This document shows positions 15,101-28,932 of a stretch of DNA of 64,000 bases, one piece after another. The stretch's first letter is position 1, and the number at the start of each line of letters is the position of its first letter. A program made the translations under genes and the position numbers. Source of the DNA: Lingula anatina (taxonomy: Eukaryota > Animalia > Brachiopoda); the NCBI GenBank assembly GCA_051362555.1, contig CM120645.1:14322001-14386000 (forward strand), written 5' to 3'. The notes under the pieces were generated by a model, which was not told the origin of the DNA, did not search any database, and saw only the letters and a program-made list of their open reading frames with translations.

Positions 15101-18006
15101 TTGGAAAGTTGAGCGATGGAATCATTATCATTCTCTGAAAAAAAGAGTGAACCTTTATTATCGAAAATAGTTAAAAACATATCAATCTCCTCATAAATAA
15201 ATAAATAAATGAAAAATAGCAACCTAAAAATTGCTCTTGTAAGTAGTAAAAACATTTGATATTGAATGTCATTATTATGAATCCAATCTCCTTGAAAATT
15301 CGCAAATTGATAAGAAGTACCTACCGTCAAACTTTTCATTTTCCTCCTCGTCCACATCAGCGGTGACTTCGCCCTTTAGCGATTTGGATTTCTTAGAAGC
15401 AGTTCTCCACTTCTTTAACTTCTTTGTTTTCTTGGGAACGAAGTCACCATTCACTGTATCTGAAGGTGGAATAAATTCAAATCAATATTAATTAACTTAT
15501 TCGTTAATTAATTATTAATATAAATAAGTAAGAAATTAACAGTGCTCTCATTAAAATAATTGGTATCCCAACATAAAAGTGTTTTAACAGTTAAAAGTGT
15601 CATCATTCATTCAGCCAAGCATTCTTTACAAACACATAGGTTATTTTATGTATTAGGCCTACCAATTTCAGGGTCTTGATCAACTTCAATGACTGTTTTA
15701 TCCTTTTTTGCCGTTGACTTCTTCAAGGGTGATTGCAACTTGATTTTCCAGCGGCGCTTAGATTTCTTAGTTTTCTTTTCCACGAAGGGGGTGGTCTCGT
15801 CAATTGAAGCTGGAATTTATTCATGCATTTACTATGTGAAAATTTTAGGATTAACTACCGAATTTAAACAACCAGTACGGCTAAACCAATGTGACAGGCA
15901 AACTTTTGTGTACAAGACCGATTTATACACGCATACTAACAACACGTCTCTTAAGAAAATTACTTATATAGGGTCCTACACATGTATATAGGATATCCTA
16001 TAGGAAATTGAACCAAATATACTAGGGCATATTTCCTAGTAAAAAATCTTATAGATCTTATCTTATAGATATCTGCATGATTTCTATCGAGTTACTACAG
16101 GTCGTCCTTTACGAAATTTAGTTAAAGATGCAACATAGCTGGAAAAGCACGAGCGTGCAGACCTACGCCAGGGATACTACACTAATAAATTGTGGGCATC
16201 CACTGCACAAAGTCAAAGTCATGTTCCCTATCTCGCAGTGGTGAATTATTCTATCAACTCTAAAATCTAACCACTTTTCAGTTATCCCATTTATGAATTA
16301 TCCTGATAATTTCATCGAAATTCACCCGTAAATCTTTTTAGTTAGGGTGGTGACAGACAGACAGACAGACAAAAAGATAAATGAAGGTGAAAACATAGCC
16401 TCCTTGGCGTCGGTAATAACACAATGGTTTGAAATCCATTAAGAAAAAAGGCCTACCAGGGGTATCCACCTCGACATTTGGCGATTCTTCACCATTGGCC
16501 TTCTTCGCGTTATTCGATTTCTTGGCGTTTTGGACTGAAGATGATGTGGGTATCTTGTCTTCATTTTCACAAGTTCCAGCTGAAACAAGCAAGTATAAAA
16601 GGCGTGATAACGATTATACTGGTTACCGGATATCTTTGATAAAACGAATATCATGATGCAGGCCCGTAGCCAGGGGGGGTTCGGGGGGTTCGAAAGAACC
16701 GCCCCTTTTGCTGGAAAAAGGTCCACTCTGGGTGAAATTTGAGCTAGGTACATGAAGTTTTTATGGGAAAAGGTCCACTTTTTCAGAAAAAGAACCCCCC
16801 TTTTGAAACTGCTGGCTACGGGCCTGTGATGACAGTTTTGAAATATACATTGGAGAGAGAGGGAGAGAGAGAGAGAGAGAAAGAGTAAAAGAAAGCAAGA
16901 AAGAACGAAAGAAAGAAAGGGAGATCTATGTTTTTAATAAAAGTCGTACCATTAGCTTTCCCTTTTCTCAGCTTAAACCGCCCAAGTGCTCGACTCCTTG
17001 CCTTAACGTGTTCGTCACCAGACTAATCAAGTGAAAGCAGATAACAAAAAAGAAAAATAAAACATAACAAAAGGAAATAGACCAAAGAAAAGAAATTAGA
17101 AGAATGAGTTGAAAGATGTTACACAAAATCAATTTTATCATAAAAAATAAATGCTAATTGTTAACTAAAATAAACAAATTAAAAAAGGGTAACGAATGAA
17201 TAGATAAGTAAATGAAAAGATAAATAATAAATACTATTCTGCATAGACATATATTCTTACCGGTTTATCACTTTCAGTCTGCGGCGCCTCTGCTTTTTCT
17301 TTTTCCTTCTTCTTCCCTTTCTTTGCTTTGTCTAGAGTTCATACAGTGTAATTCATCAGATAGTTGACAAAATAAGCGCAGTTCAAAATTGTTTGTAATG
17401 TAGGCTTATAAATATCACCGTATGGAGAAAATTAATTAAAACACACAAACATCTACATAAGACAATCGTCTATTTATCACAAGCAATAATTGCTTTTCAC
17501 AATATATCATTTATAGTCATGTTGCTAGGGGGGATTGTGGGCATTCTCAGTGGTGTCCACACTCTCTCTATTCTGACCATTTCGCTACAACCGTTGATAT
17601 AAAATAAAGAATGTTTGTAGCGAATTGTTCGTAATAAAACCCCCTTCGTATATCACAATAAAAAGAATATTGATGCAATGGTGATATTATGTTTATCCTG
17701 CCTTTAAAAGTTTATTTCTCACCTTTCTTATCTTTCTTATTTTTCTTATCCTGGCCCTCTTCCTCTCCACTGCCCCCACAAATAAGACATGTAATGTGTA
17801 TAGAAGAGAACAGTACTCTCAGCCAAGCAAAAAAGCTTAGATTTGGATTCCGCCAAGGAGGGACTTGGTCCTGTAATAAAGATCGAGACAGACATTTTTA
17901 TATCAAATATAATCGTGAAAGAAAATACTGGATAACCAGATATAAATGAGGAAATGAGTATCTATTGCCTTAGACTATCACTTACGTCGTCCCCGACTTG
18001 CGGCAT
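12162..18006 (-). CDS. ~874-aa protein: hydrophobic N-terminal segment, Lys-rich/acidic repeat modules, C-terminal protein-kinase-like (pseudokinase) domain
   Basis: 13 exons with matching phases: 18006-17986 (MPQVGDD), 17870-17723, 17331-17261, 17022-16950, 16579-16457, 15809-15663, 15459-15325, 15134-14991, 14619-14494, 14322-14146, 13891-13772, 13638-13519, 13381-12162 (TAG); 2625 nt in total. Kinase landmarks: IVVK, MVTEF, LAKMHQMGFVHNYL, FAPEV, ASDVYSFG, CLREDPHGRP. Confidence 0.85.
16659..16826. mobile_element. MITE, 15-bp TIR CAGGCCCGTAGCCAG, 5-bp TSD TGATG
   Basis: Perfect TIRs with TGATG on both sides; near-identical copy at 30309-30475. Confidence 0.9.
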
Positions 18007-18249
18007 TTTTCTGTGTCGTTTTAACCAGTACGTTTGATCAACTTCTTAAAGTAAATACTATCTCAGTTCAACAAAATAAATGCCTTTTTCGTTGAATGTG
18101 TTGCGATTTATGCTGCTGCTATGACGCAAATGTCCATGACAACATTGTGACACGTCACTAATAACGACGACAGCTCGTATAACGTAACGTTATTGACGAT
18201 GACGTCGTATCCTTCAAAAGCAATGTTTTTTGTTGAAAGTAAGATTTAT

Positions 18250-18676
18250 ACTTCGTGTTAGATCTATGTCAATAATAAGGCTGATATTGGAGAAGATGCA
18301 GGGTAGATATATGTCAGTTTTTCCCACCTGAGCCTACATCTTACTTACATTCCCCTCCCCGTCAGGCAAAGATTTTATGATTGATTCTTGTTTTTAGAAC
18401 CTGAATTTTTATTCCTGCTTGTTTCCGGCTTGAAAAGTGTGCGTCTGTAGTGGAAACAGACAAAAAGCATAAAGCGAAAGCCACTACACTTGACCTTTAT
18501 TTGACATATACGACAAATGCACACGTGCTAATAAACTGACGCGCTCCATGGACCGTTTGCCCACAAGTTGTAACCCAAAACTTACTTCGTGCTATTTCAA
18601 TAATAAGACTGACATTGGAGAAAATACAAGGTAGAGATGTATAACAGTTTTCCCACCTGAGCCTACATCTTACTTT
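18250..18676. repeat. ~95-bp local direct duplication (18250-18346 / 18584-18676)
   Basis: acttcgtg...caataataag.ctga.attggagaa...ttcccacctgagcctacatcttactt occurs twice. Confidence 0.8.
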
Positions 18677-18954
18677 AACTGTGGAACGGACAAAATAGAA
18701 TCCATCAAGAAAAGAATTATAAAAAATAGTCTTGTAGGCCTATAATGAACGATCTACGCTTTGAGACAAAGAATGTAAATCAACAATGTGTGCGACATGA
18801 ACAATGTAAAACAAACAAGCAAAAAATTTTATTCTCCAAAATTTTATAGCTGACATGCATCAACTTACCAGCCACTTTCAATCGCTGGAAAGTAAAATCA
18901 GAGAAGAAAGAAATTATCCATATATGGAAATCATCACTTTACTCATAGGATAGC

Positions 18955-19204
18955 CAGGGGCGGATCCAGGATTATTTAAAGGGGGGGGGGTCCGCGGATT
19001 CGAAGCCGACACCCCCCCTCCCCCCAGGTTGGCGTGGGGTTCGGGACCTGGTGAAGGGCCCCGAAAAGTTTTGGTATTTTAGAGGGCGAACGGTGCCATT
19101 TGGTACGGTTTAGAACTAAGATTCAGCTAATCAAAATTCTAATTTCAAGAGGGGACCAGAAATCGAAGGGGGGGGGGCGGCAGGACCCTCTTAATCTGCC
19201 ACTG
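18955..19204. mobile_element. MITE, TIR CAGGGGCGGATCCAG / ..AATCTGCCACTG, degenerate 5-bp TSD (ATAGC/ATAAC)
   Basis: Imperfect TIRs, G/C-run interior, near-matching 5-bp flanks. Confidence 0.7.
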
Positions 19205-19290
19205 ATAACTGTCCAGAGGATAACGACTTTATCCAATGAACAGTGGGATCCATAGAAATACGTGATCCATAATTAATGAAAATGGGTCCT

Positions 19291-19563
19291 GGTGTAGGCC
19301 TGTAACGAGGGTACGTACGGATAAAATTTAGTCCCAAAATATTACACGTCCCTATACTCCCGTTACCGATAGATACATAAAGGGAAAACTGAAAAAACGT
19401 CTTTTTAGATTTAAATACCGATAGATCCGATTTTTACCACCGTCCTATAAATTTGCGTTCCTATAGATACGACGTCCTCATAAATCCACGTCCTTTAAAT
19501 CCGCATACCTATAGATCCACGTATTTTTAGATCCAAATACCGATAGATCCATTACAGGTACAC
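19291..19563. mobile_element. Non-autonomous element with short TIR-like ends and internal ~15-bp repeats (CCTATAGATCCACGT-like)
   Basis: gtgtaggcctgtaacg ... cattacaggtacac ends and repeated gatagatcc/cctataaat units; no TSD seen. Confidence 0.5.
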
Positions 19564-19663
19564 TATTGCTCAAAATGGTTGGTATACTACTCAGTACATT
19601 AAATGCACTGTTTAAAACGAGAGTACACATATTAATCCTTTCAGCAATTTATTATTCTACTCT

Positions 19664-19880
19664 TACACCCCATTCTCATAGATTAGATCGACCTACATTG
19701 GATCGACCTAACTCCCTGGGGGTTCACGCTAAATAGCTGTCAGCCGGGCGGACACGAAAGTTAATTAGCCCTTAAAGCTTGTAGTAGGCGGGGACGGACA
19801 CTTACGGGGGATTATCTGACAGTAATCTAGTGAGACTCCCCGCGGTGATAGATCGATCTAAAAGTTGTGAGAACAGAGCC
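19664..19880. mobile_element. PIF/Harbinger-like MITE family, copy 1
   Basis: Subterminal TAGATCG/CGATCTA inverted motifs; core ctaactccctgggggttca...tctagtgagactcccc shared with 21304-21530. Confidence 0.6.
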
Positions 19881-21303
19881 TAAGATCTAATATCCGTTTA
19901 TTAGATCTTAGTTCTACTATAGATCGTTTTTACGCAATACTCGGGTAATTTACATTAGGCCTACTAATGCATTATCTGACAGAAATTTATGGTTTCACTA
20001 GATGTTTTGTTATTCTCATGTTACATTCATTTAGTTTTGATTACGAAGGCTTCTGACAGGAACCTAAGATTATATATTTTTTCATAGCGATTAATCCAAG
20101 AAAACACACACACACACCACCCCCGTCAATTAAGAACTCGGCAAAAGTTGATGAAATAATGTTAAGAGTTTTACAAGTAAACCCTTCTTATTTTATACTG
20201 TATATGATTTATTTGGGCATTTCATGAATGATTCTGCCTGATAACTGTCTTGTATAGGCCTACTTGATAGAAACCATTACTGTATGGTTGACAAACATAC
20301 CCAAAGTTTGCAGGCAAAAATCGGCTGTATATATATAGAAGTTACTTACATCTTGGACATAATAACGAATTTGTGTCGTTTTTATGTCCAAGTAGTTTAC
20401 ATTGATGAAGTTACGTGCGTTGCGGAATGGAGTAAATGATAGTAAACGATAGTAAATTCTTCCCAAGAGTTCGTTACTACTCTGTGCAGTTCATTCAGTG
20501 GATCAGGTACGACATGATGATCAGGCATGACGCCCAACTACCACTGCAGAAATAAAGTTGACCCGTTCATTTGGGAGAGCAGACCCTACCCTATAGTATT
20601 TTTACTGTATGCGGGTCAATCTTTCAATTACTGTCTACCAGCTTGCTTCCTACTGCGTCGTATTTGATCTGTTTTTCAAGTTATCAGACACCAAATATAT
20701 TACAAAAGTGGCAAACATTTTATTCCGACAAGGGTTGAGTTTCCACTTTATATTATGACCATGTCATTAATAACACGCTTATGGAGGCTGTCGGTTTGTA
20801 GTGCACCAAGTATATAAATTGCAACTGGAAAAAAAATAGCTTTTTTATTTATTTTTTCTCACAAAATAAATCACGTTATTTTATCAAACTTGAAAAAATA
20901 AATTTGTGGATGGTTAATCAGTGAGTATAAATGATGTGTTTATAATTCCTTCCATAATTCCTTTATAAAGTCGCAGCCATTGACGCTGTTTTGGAAGTTT
21001 ATGCCGAGTTTGTCGCTTTTTCAGTGATAAGAACTATCGAGAAATAAACTAATAAACAATATATGCCAGAGTTAATATTCTTGTTATAAATTAGTTTTAA
21101 ATGATTGAAAACGGCTCGACCATGTATAATTGACTGAAGAACTATGCAATATACATGTATGTAAGCGGGCAACATACATATACACATGTGTACGGGACTC
21201 TTTTCCGTACATGTAACACAGATAAGTAGACTAATCATAAAGATTATTTCAAAGATGGTAACTATCATCTTTTTAATATAAATAGCAGCGAATTTGAGTG
21301 TTT

Positions 21304-21530
21304 GGGTGCTTTCCCAGAGATTTAGATCGATCTAAAGATTAAGTTTTAGATCGCACTAACTCCCTGGGGGTTCAGGCTAAATTGCCGTCAGCCGAGCGGA
21401 CACCATAGTTAATTACCCCCTTACAGCTTTTAGAAGGCGGGACAGACGCTTAAGCCGGCCAAGCTGACAGTAATCTAGTGAGACTCCCCACAGAGATAGA
21501 TCGATCTAAAAATCTATGGAAATGGGGTGT
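21304..21530. mobile_element. PIF/Harbinger-like MITE family, copy 2
   Basis: Same core as 19664-19880; tagatcgatcta near both ends. Confidence 0.6.
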
Positions 21531-21955
21531 TTGATGAATTTCGTGTGTTCATTTTATGACCTTCAGCAGGTTTTAATATTTTTTTTTAATTTTAAATTAA
21601 AATTTAAAATTAGAATCTAATTTTTTTAAACTAACTATCAATGTATACGTATCCACGATAGGTAAATGACTTGTAAGTGCAAATGGCGACAAGTGTCCCA
21701 AATGTCTGCTCACATGCGGACATAAATTAAACGGCAATAAGCCTGAAAGCATGCCAAACTTCACATATAAAAAGCAATTCTGTACTGAGCAAGACAACAA
21801 AAAGTGTCCAAAATAGGCCCTGTCATGTTAAATGTCATCGTTCAACATTTGAATTCTTCTTTGGACTGTCCAGTAAAATTGCCTCTATAGACACCGCTTA
21901 ATATAAGCCAATTATGACGCGAGACGTGGTCTGGCGATCGAGTATTTTTAGATAC

Positions 21956-21986
<31 letters not shown>

Positions 21987-22930
21987 AGAGAGAAAGAAAG
22001 AGAGAGAGAGAGAGGGAGAGAGTTAACTTTATGCCTTTAAACTATCACCAAGAAAGAAAATATTGTGTCATAAACGTAAACCACTCCGAAGTCTTCATCA
22101 CCTTAATTCTTTTATACTTACATCATCCCTGACATTCGGCATCCTGGTTTAATTTGATACACTAAATCTGTTTACTCATGTAAAATGTGTCTCTCAAAAA
22201 AATTGTACGTAGATCTAGATCTAATGTTTTCTTTGGTCAAACGACTGCTGTCCTTTTCCACATTTTTGCGCCAGGACGCAAATATCCATAGCAACACACC
22301 CCATTACGTCACTTAGTTGTGACCTTATCGCGTATGGCGTCGAGGGACGGAGTCTAGAACACTGACGTTGTTCAGATTCCTTTTATCAAAGTTTTATATT
22401 TAGTAGGACACCTACTGTTCAGGTGTGGTGATATGTAATCGTTTTCTAGCGCCATTGAGTTATGCCCCGCTACAAATTTTGTAAAAAGTCAAACTTGATT
22501 TAAAATTTTAATTAATTTTTTGCCTGTGTCTGTGCTTGTTATATCATTTCATCGAGGTGACAAGAGAAGTGGTACCGCCGCTGTACCTCTTAACCCCCCC
22601 CCCCACCTCCCCCCACCCCCACCCCCACCCACTGGTATCGTAAACCGACACATTAATATTGTAAGAATAACAATAACCCCCCCCCCCCCGAACTAATTTT
22701 TGCCTCTCAGTGGTTATCAGCTACATCCTAAATTTATCAGAAAAAAATACGTAGCACTGAAAAGAAAATAAAGTAAATATTTGTCATTTGAATGGGATAA
22801 TTTACATGTAGGCTAGTATATGGCTAATTCCCAATGAAACTATCGGTTTACTAAGATCTATTCAACTGAATGGTTACCAACTACATAATAATTTTATTTC
22901 ACTTCACGTGGTCATTTATACCATGTAGCA

Positions 22931-23912
22931 GGGGAGACCGAGGGTAGTTGGACCCCAGGGTAAGTTAGAACCTCGTCAATTTATGAAAAGGTAACTGCGA
23001 GGTAAGAAAAATTGATCACATCATTTTGTAAAGTGACCGTATCCAATAATGCCATGAAAGTGTCGGTGGTAAAAAAAGTTTTACTGGGCGATGAGAAATG
23101 AAAAAACTTCGCATCTAAGAGTAACTTTATGAAAGAGATTTTAAAATCTATTTTCATAGGCTTTGATCGAATATAATGTATAAATAGGGCATCAAACTAA
23201 AGCTAATTCTCTCATGTTTGTAGAAATGTATCATCGTAGTTCATTTTATCACCAAAAAATTGGCTTTGAAGTAAGAAATGTGCACCCGAGGCTAGTTGCC
23301 CCCCTTGACTCCTTTGCGCGCAACAAAACTACCGGTATAGACCATTGTTAAAACAAAGTCGATGGTTTGTTAAATTAATGCCACTTTAAGATTGAATTTT
23401 TTAGTTTCTTTTAAAACCAAAATTTATTATTCCCTATCATTCATTAAACCTGCTTTACACCAATTTTAGTTTATTCTTAAATAAAACAAGTTTGATTAAT
23501 AGATATTTGGGTTCTTGCAACAAATACAATGTAACGTATTGAAACCTCAATATGCCTGCCTTATTTCAACTTTTTATTCAGCAAAGACACTTAAAATCAA
23601 TTTAATAAAATAAAGATGTGTAAAAATGTAATTCATGGCGTTTTCATGGGATACTAACTACATTTAAGTATAGGTTGCCAACTTGTCCTGACCCTGGGGC
23701 CAACTAGCCCAGCCACGGTGGCAAGTTGGCCCCCCTGACGTCATATTACGTTTTGTTGCCAAATTGTGAGCCATCTGGCATTATATTTGTAAAATAATGA
23801 CGTTGCATACGTAGCTAAGTTCATGGCGCTTGCTTTAAAACTGGTTTTGTTTCTCTAACTCATCCCCAGTCAGCTCTACAATCTAACTGGGCCAACTAGC
23901 CCCGGTCTCTCC
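22931..23912. mobile_element. Non-autonomous DNA transposon, TIR GGGGAGACCG(G/A)GG(C/G)TAGTTGG, probably pogo/Fot1-like Tc1-mariner (TA site)
   Basis: ggggagaccgagggtagttgg ... ccaactagccccggtctctcc|ta; partial copies at ~27550-28247, ~29157-29223 and ~42870-43670. Confidence 0.75.
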
Positions 23913-24378
23913 TAATGATCGAACCCGCCGCTGAGAAATTAATAATGACCTTCAAAAGAACCCGATAATGGTGAATGTACAAGTATCATGGCTCTCAACC
24001 ACGTACATCTTTTCTAATTAACCATCAACAGGTACAAACAGACACACGCACTAACGTGCACCCTTTTGACCTCTCTCTCTCTCTCTCTCTCTCTCGCTCT
24101 CTCTCTCTCGCTCTCTGTGAGCGGTTATTTGACATCACCGAGGCTCGTGTGCCTCTCGTTTTTTTTTTTTTTTTTTTTTTTTTTTCCAAGAAACCTTGCC
24201 ATTTGGAAATAAACCCTGTGCGTTTGTGAATTCAAGTTTCCCTGAGGCAACAGCGACTGACGCTGCGTAAAATCGCGATACTACGTGGATGTCACCCCTT
24301 TGGCATTGTGTTTGACATTCATAAAGCAATTTACATTGCGTTGCATTGTATTTGAAGACAAGCACTGAAGCGGTAACC

Positions 24379-24460
24379 ATGGTCATCTTAAAGAATTCTG
24401 TCGGTTTGTTGACGTTGCTTGCACTACTGACTTGGATTCAGATCGCTGCGCCAGTGGAAG
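24379..24460 (+). CDS. Duplicate of astacin exon 1 (signal peptide [27 protein letters not shown])
   Basis: 82 nt identical to 29664-29745, with ACCATGG start context and GTAAGT donor. Either an alternative first exon or an orphan copy. Confidence 0.7.
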
Positions 24461-25816
24461 GTAAGTGCTTTGAAACAAAAGTGATTAATTACTCTCTGAC
24501 CACAGGGCCCACTAATAGTCTGTTACAAAATTATTGTATCGGCTTATACTTTAATATTGTGTATTATTTCGGAGGCTACTATGAAACGAGTTTCCTATTT
24601 CAAACTTTTACTGCAGCTTAGCTTTGGATTATTTAACCGTTAACATAGATTTTTAATTGTGATGTTTTCTTATTTGCTCGCTTCTCAGTTTGACCTCCCC
24701 CATTCCATGGTATGGGTCAAAGGCCGTTTAATCGGCAAGTAATGACCTGCCCATATATTTTGTCTATTTGGTTCAAATATGGCAATTTTGATGATCAAGG
24801 TAGCTGCTCATTCCCTTGGTTCTGTAAGTTTTCTGCTATTAAAAGTGTTCTGTGTGAACCGGCAATGTCATCGTGCAACCTACATGTAACACCGTTCCTA
24901 AGGTGCCCCCTATCAAATGATAGACAAGTGGTTCCTAGATTATGTCTTTATCTGATGTGTGAAACTAGTCACTTAAGACGCGGCACAAGTTTCTTAATAG
25001 GCCTCTTCAGGATGTCTGTAAACTCTGTTTTGACTAGTTGAACGGTGCAGGTGAAATCTGCCCTTAATAAAGAAAGCCATACGGTTTCAGTGTTCTACCC
25101 AGAACGGCCACGGTCCCCATTTCATTAGAGGAACAGACGACGATGTTTTACAGTGGCTTCCTCGGAGGTCGTCATAGTATTCTAACCTGCTAAAACTAGT
25201 TTGGTGATCGCTAAGGGCCTTGAAAAACGCGTTTTCATGGCAATTTGCCCCTCATTATAAACGGACAGGGTGGTTTTTTGTTAAGTTGCAGCAGCAAATC
25301 CAGAAGGACAGTGAGTCCTTTGCCCTGTTGGTAAGATTTCGATACATTGGGTGACGCCTCTGTGTAGGTACATCAGTCTGGGCATAACTCTATAAAACTG
25401 GGCGGACCATTCTGTGTGACATGATAATCTGTCCGGCAATTTCTTTCCTTTTGGCACCATTCTGGCACAGATTAACAATTTTGTAAAAAACTGCTTAACT
25501 CATTTTACTCACTGCAAAACAGACCACTTCCATGCATTTTTGACAGCACTATGCTTCGCCAAAGCCAAGCTTTGACCAGCCCAAAGGAGCACTGCCCAAT
25601 TATATCACTGCATGTTACACAATGAAGCAGCGCAACTGACATGGTAGTCAGTTAAATGGTAGCGACACACCTGACTACACACTTCTCCATTCACATGTCT
25701 TATATGAGATCAGAGATTTTTGAAAAAAGAACGCATTTTTACTTAGGCATACCTTTGAAAGTGAAGTGTTCCATATTAAATGTCAAGTCTGTACTAGGAT
25801 ATTGCATTAGATCTTA

Positions 25817-26089
25817 GGGGCCGTTACCATAACCCTATCGTACTAGCTGGATAGAACTAACTCCTGGGGGTTCTCGCAGTTTAAGCGGCTTAAATGTCTG
25901 GCACGCCCACCTTGTGACATAAAGTACTTGGGTAATTCGAGAAAACGTTGTGGTCCATGAGGCTGTCCATAATGCTCAACGAAGGGGCGTGTTAGACAAT
26001 TAAAGTGATTACATTAACTGCACCTCAGCGAGAATCCCCGATAAGATAGATCAATCTGTCTAGTACGATAAGGTTATGGGAAGGCAGTC
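25817..26089. mobile_element. PIF/Harbinger-like MITE related to the 19.7/21.3 kb family
   Basis: ccgttaccataaccctatcgtactag ... ctagtacgataaggttatgggaagg inverted ends flanked by TTA; an inverted copy interrupted by an insertion lies at ~32150-32676. Confidence 0.65.
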
Positions 26090-26870
26090 TTAGTAAGTAA
26101 TTCATATTGATGGGAAAGTCTGTCTGTAGTATTTGGTACGTCGGACAGGGTTGCACATCAGGGAATATTTTATCAAAGGTGATAAGTAAAAAAAAAAAGC
26201 CATCAATAAATACAATGGAAACCTCGGAAGTTTTATTTAGTCGAAGGGTATGGGACAGGCATATTACACCTATAGGTAAGCACCTTCAGTTTAGGTCGCA
26301 CATTTATGATTATGTTACTATCTCTGTCTGGGACATAAAGTTGTACTTACGATTCGGAATAAATGGGGAAAATCAAAGTTGTATATATTTAGGTGCAAGA
26401 CAAAATCGCAGTTGGATTTGTTTTTGAAAGGCAAATTTCCGTTGTATTGGGGTAAGCTCGCCCGATGAACAGGGAAGGTTCGCCAAAATATGAAGAGAAC
26501 TACAAATGTGTATCTTTTATTTATTTATTTATTTATTTATTTATTAAGAATTTTGGCTTTTCAGGACTGATGATAAAGAAACATTATAGGCAAATCACTT
26601 CTTTGAAACACTTGTCAGCAATGCAATGACAATTGCCTTATGATCCACAGAAGAAATTATAATAACACATCGCTATAGTGAAGGATAGCTTTCGTTCTCA
26701 TTGCTGAATGCTAAAATTTATGATCTTCATGAAATGAACCTAAGCCAAATCAAACTTAGTTTTCCTGCCTTCAAAGTGATTATAAAATCATAGCTAAGAG
26801 CTGATCGTACCGCTCTATACCGGCCGGATATCCAGTCCCGCCTCGAGCAATCCCCCTGGTGTAATTTACA

Positions 26871-26984
<114 letters not shown>

Positions 26985-28901
26985 ACAGAAACGTTTGAGA
27001 GTGGGGAGCGTCACGTGGAGCGCTGGGAAATGTTGAAACTATGCTGCAAAAAATAAAATATGCGCCTTTCGTCCCCAGTGCTGTTTTTGTCTCCTCATTG
27101 GGCCCTATACAACTATGGACTTCAATATTCAGTTCTTGTTGCTATGGGTGTGGAGGTGCATGCCATAAAAAGGTACTATCTGAAGCAATTCATAGATTTA
27201 AGTCATTTTCTTTGAGCACTCGAGTGTGAAACGGGCTAAATAGTGTTCACCCAGAAAAGAATAACAAAATTGTGCACCTATACTTGCAGGCCTATCATGA
27301 ACGATGTATCCTTTGATACATGGGAACTAAACCTACAAAGTGTGCGAGATGAACAATGTAAAACAAACAAAAACAATTTTTGTATTCTCCAAGACTTAAT
27401 TTATGACATCCAAATCGATCGGCGTAGATCTAGATTTATATAACTTCAGATGTAGACCTTAACAACGCACCAAAACAGAAAATTATATCATTCTCTATCA
27501 CCCTTATAATGTTCAACTTAAAGGGAATTTTTGCAATTGATTAATTAAAGATTCTTACTTAAGCGGTGAGTCCAAATGAAAGATTTCTGCAACTAAAAGT
27601 AATTTTATGAGATTTTAAAATCTATGTTCATAGGCTTTTGATCGAATATAGTGTATGTATAGGGCATCAAACTAGGCTAATTGTCTCAAGTTTCACATAA
27701 ATGTATCACAGTAGTTTATTTTAGCACCAAAAATTGCTACAATCCTTTATAATAAAAATGTCCACCCGGGGCTTGTTGGCACTGTTGACTCGGGGCAAGT
27801 TCACTGGGGCAAGTTGGACCCTCATATAGACCACAATCCATTGCGCGAAACAGAACTATAGACCATTGTTAAAACAAAGTCGATGGTTTTTTTTAATGAA
27901 TGCCAGTTTAAGATTGACTTTGCTAGTTTCTTTTAAAATAAAAATGTATTATTCGTTATCGTCCATCAAACCGGGTTTATACCATCATTAGTTTATTCTT
28001 AGATAAAGCAAAACAAGTTATACATAGATATTCGGGTTCTTGTAACAAATACAATGTAACGTATAGAAACCTCAATATGCCTGCCCTATTTGAACTATTT
28101 TTCAGCAAAGCCTCTAAAATCAATTCAATAAAATAAAAGTGTATAAAAATGTATTTCATGGCGCTTGCTTAAAAACTGGTTTTGTTGCTGTAACTCATCC
28201 CCAGTCAGCTCTACAATCTAACTGGGCCAACTAGCCCCGGTCTCCCCTAATGATCGAACCCGCTGCTGAGAAATTCATAGGCCTCTTCAGGATGTCTGTA
28301 AACTCTGTTTTGACTAGTTGAACGGTGCAGGTGAAATCTGCCCTTAATAAAGAAAGCCATACGGTTTCAGTGTTCTACCCAGAACGGCCACGGTCCCCAT
28401 TTCATTAGAGGAACAGACGACGATGTTTTACAGTGGCTTCCTCGGAGGTCGTCATAGTATTCTAACTTGCTAAAACTAGTTTGGTGATCGCTAAGGGCCT
28501 TGAAAAACGCGTTTTCATGGCAATTTGCCCCTCATTATAAACGGACAGGGCGGTTTTTTGTTAAGTTGCAGCAGCAAATCCAGAAGGACCTATAGGCAAA
28601 TCACTTCTTTGAAACACTTGTCAGCAATGCTGACAATTGCCTTATGCCTTAAATTAGAATAACACATCACTATAGTGAAGGATAGCTATCGTTCTCATTG
28701 CTGAGTGCTGAAGTTTATGATCCTCATGAAATGAACCTAAGCCAAATCAAACTTAGTTTTCCTGCCTTCAAAGTGATTATAAAATCATAGCTAAGAGCTG
28801 ATCGTACCGCTCTATACCGACCGGATATCCAGTCCCGCCTCGAGCAATCCCCCTGGTGTAATTTACATTTTTTGTCTGCCTCTCTCTCTCTCTCTCTCTG
28901 C

Positions 28902-28932
<31 letters not shown>

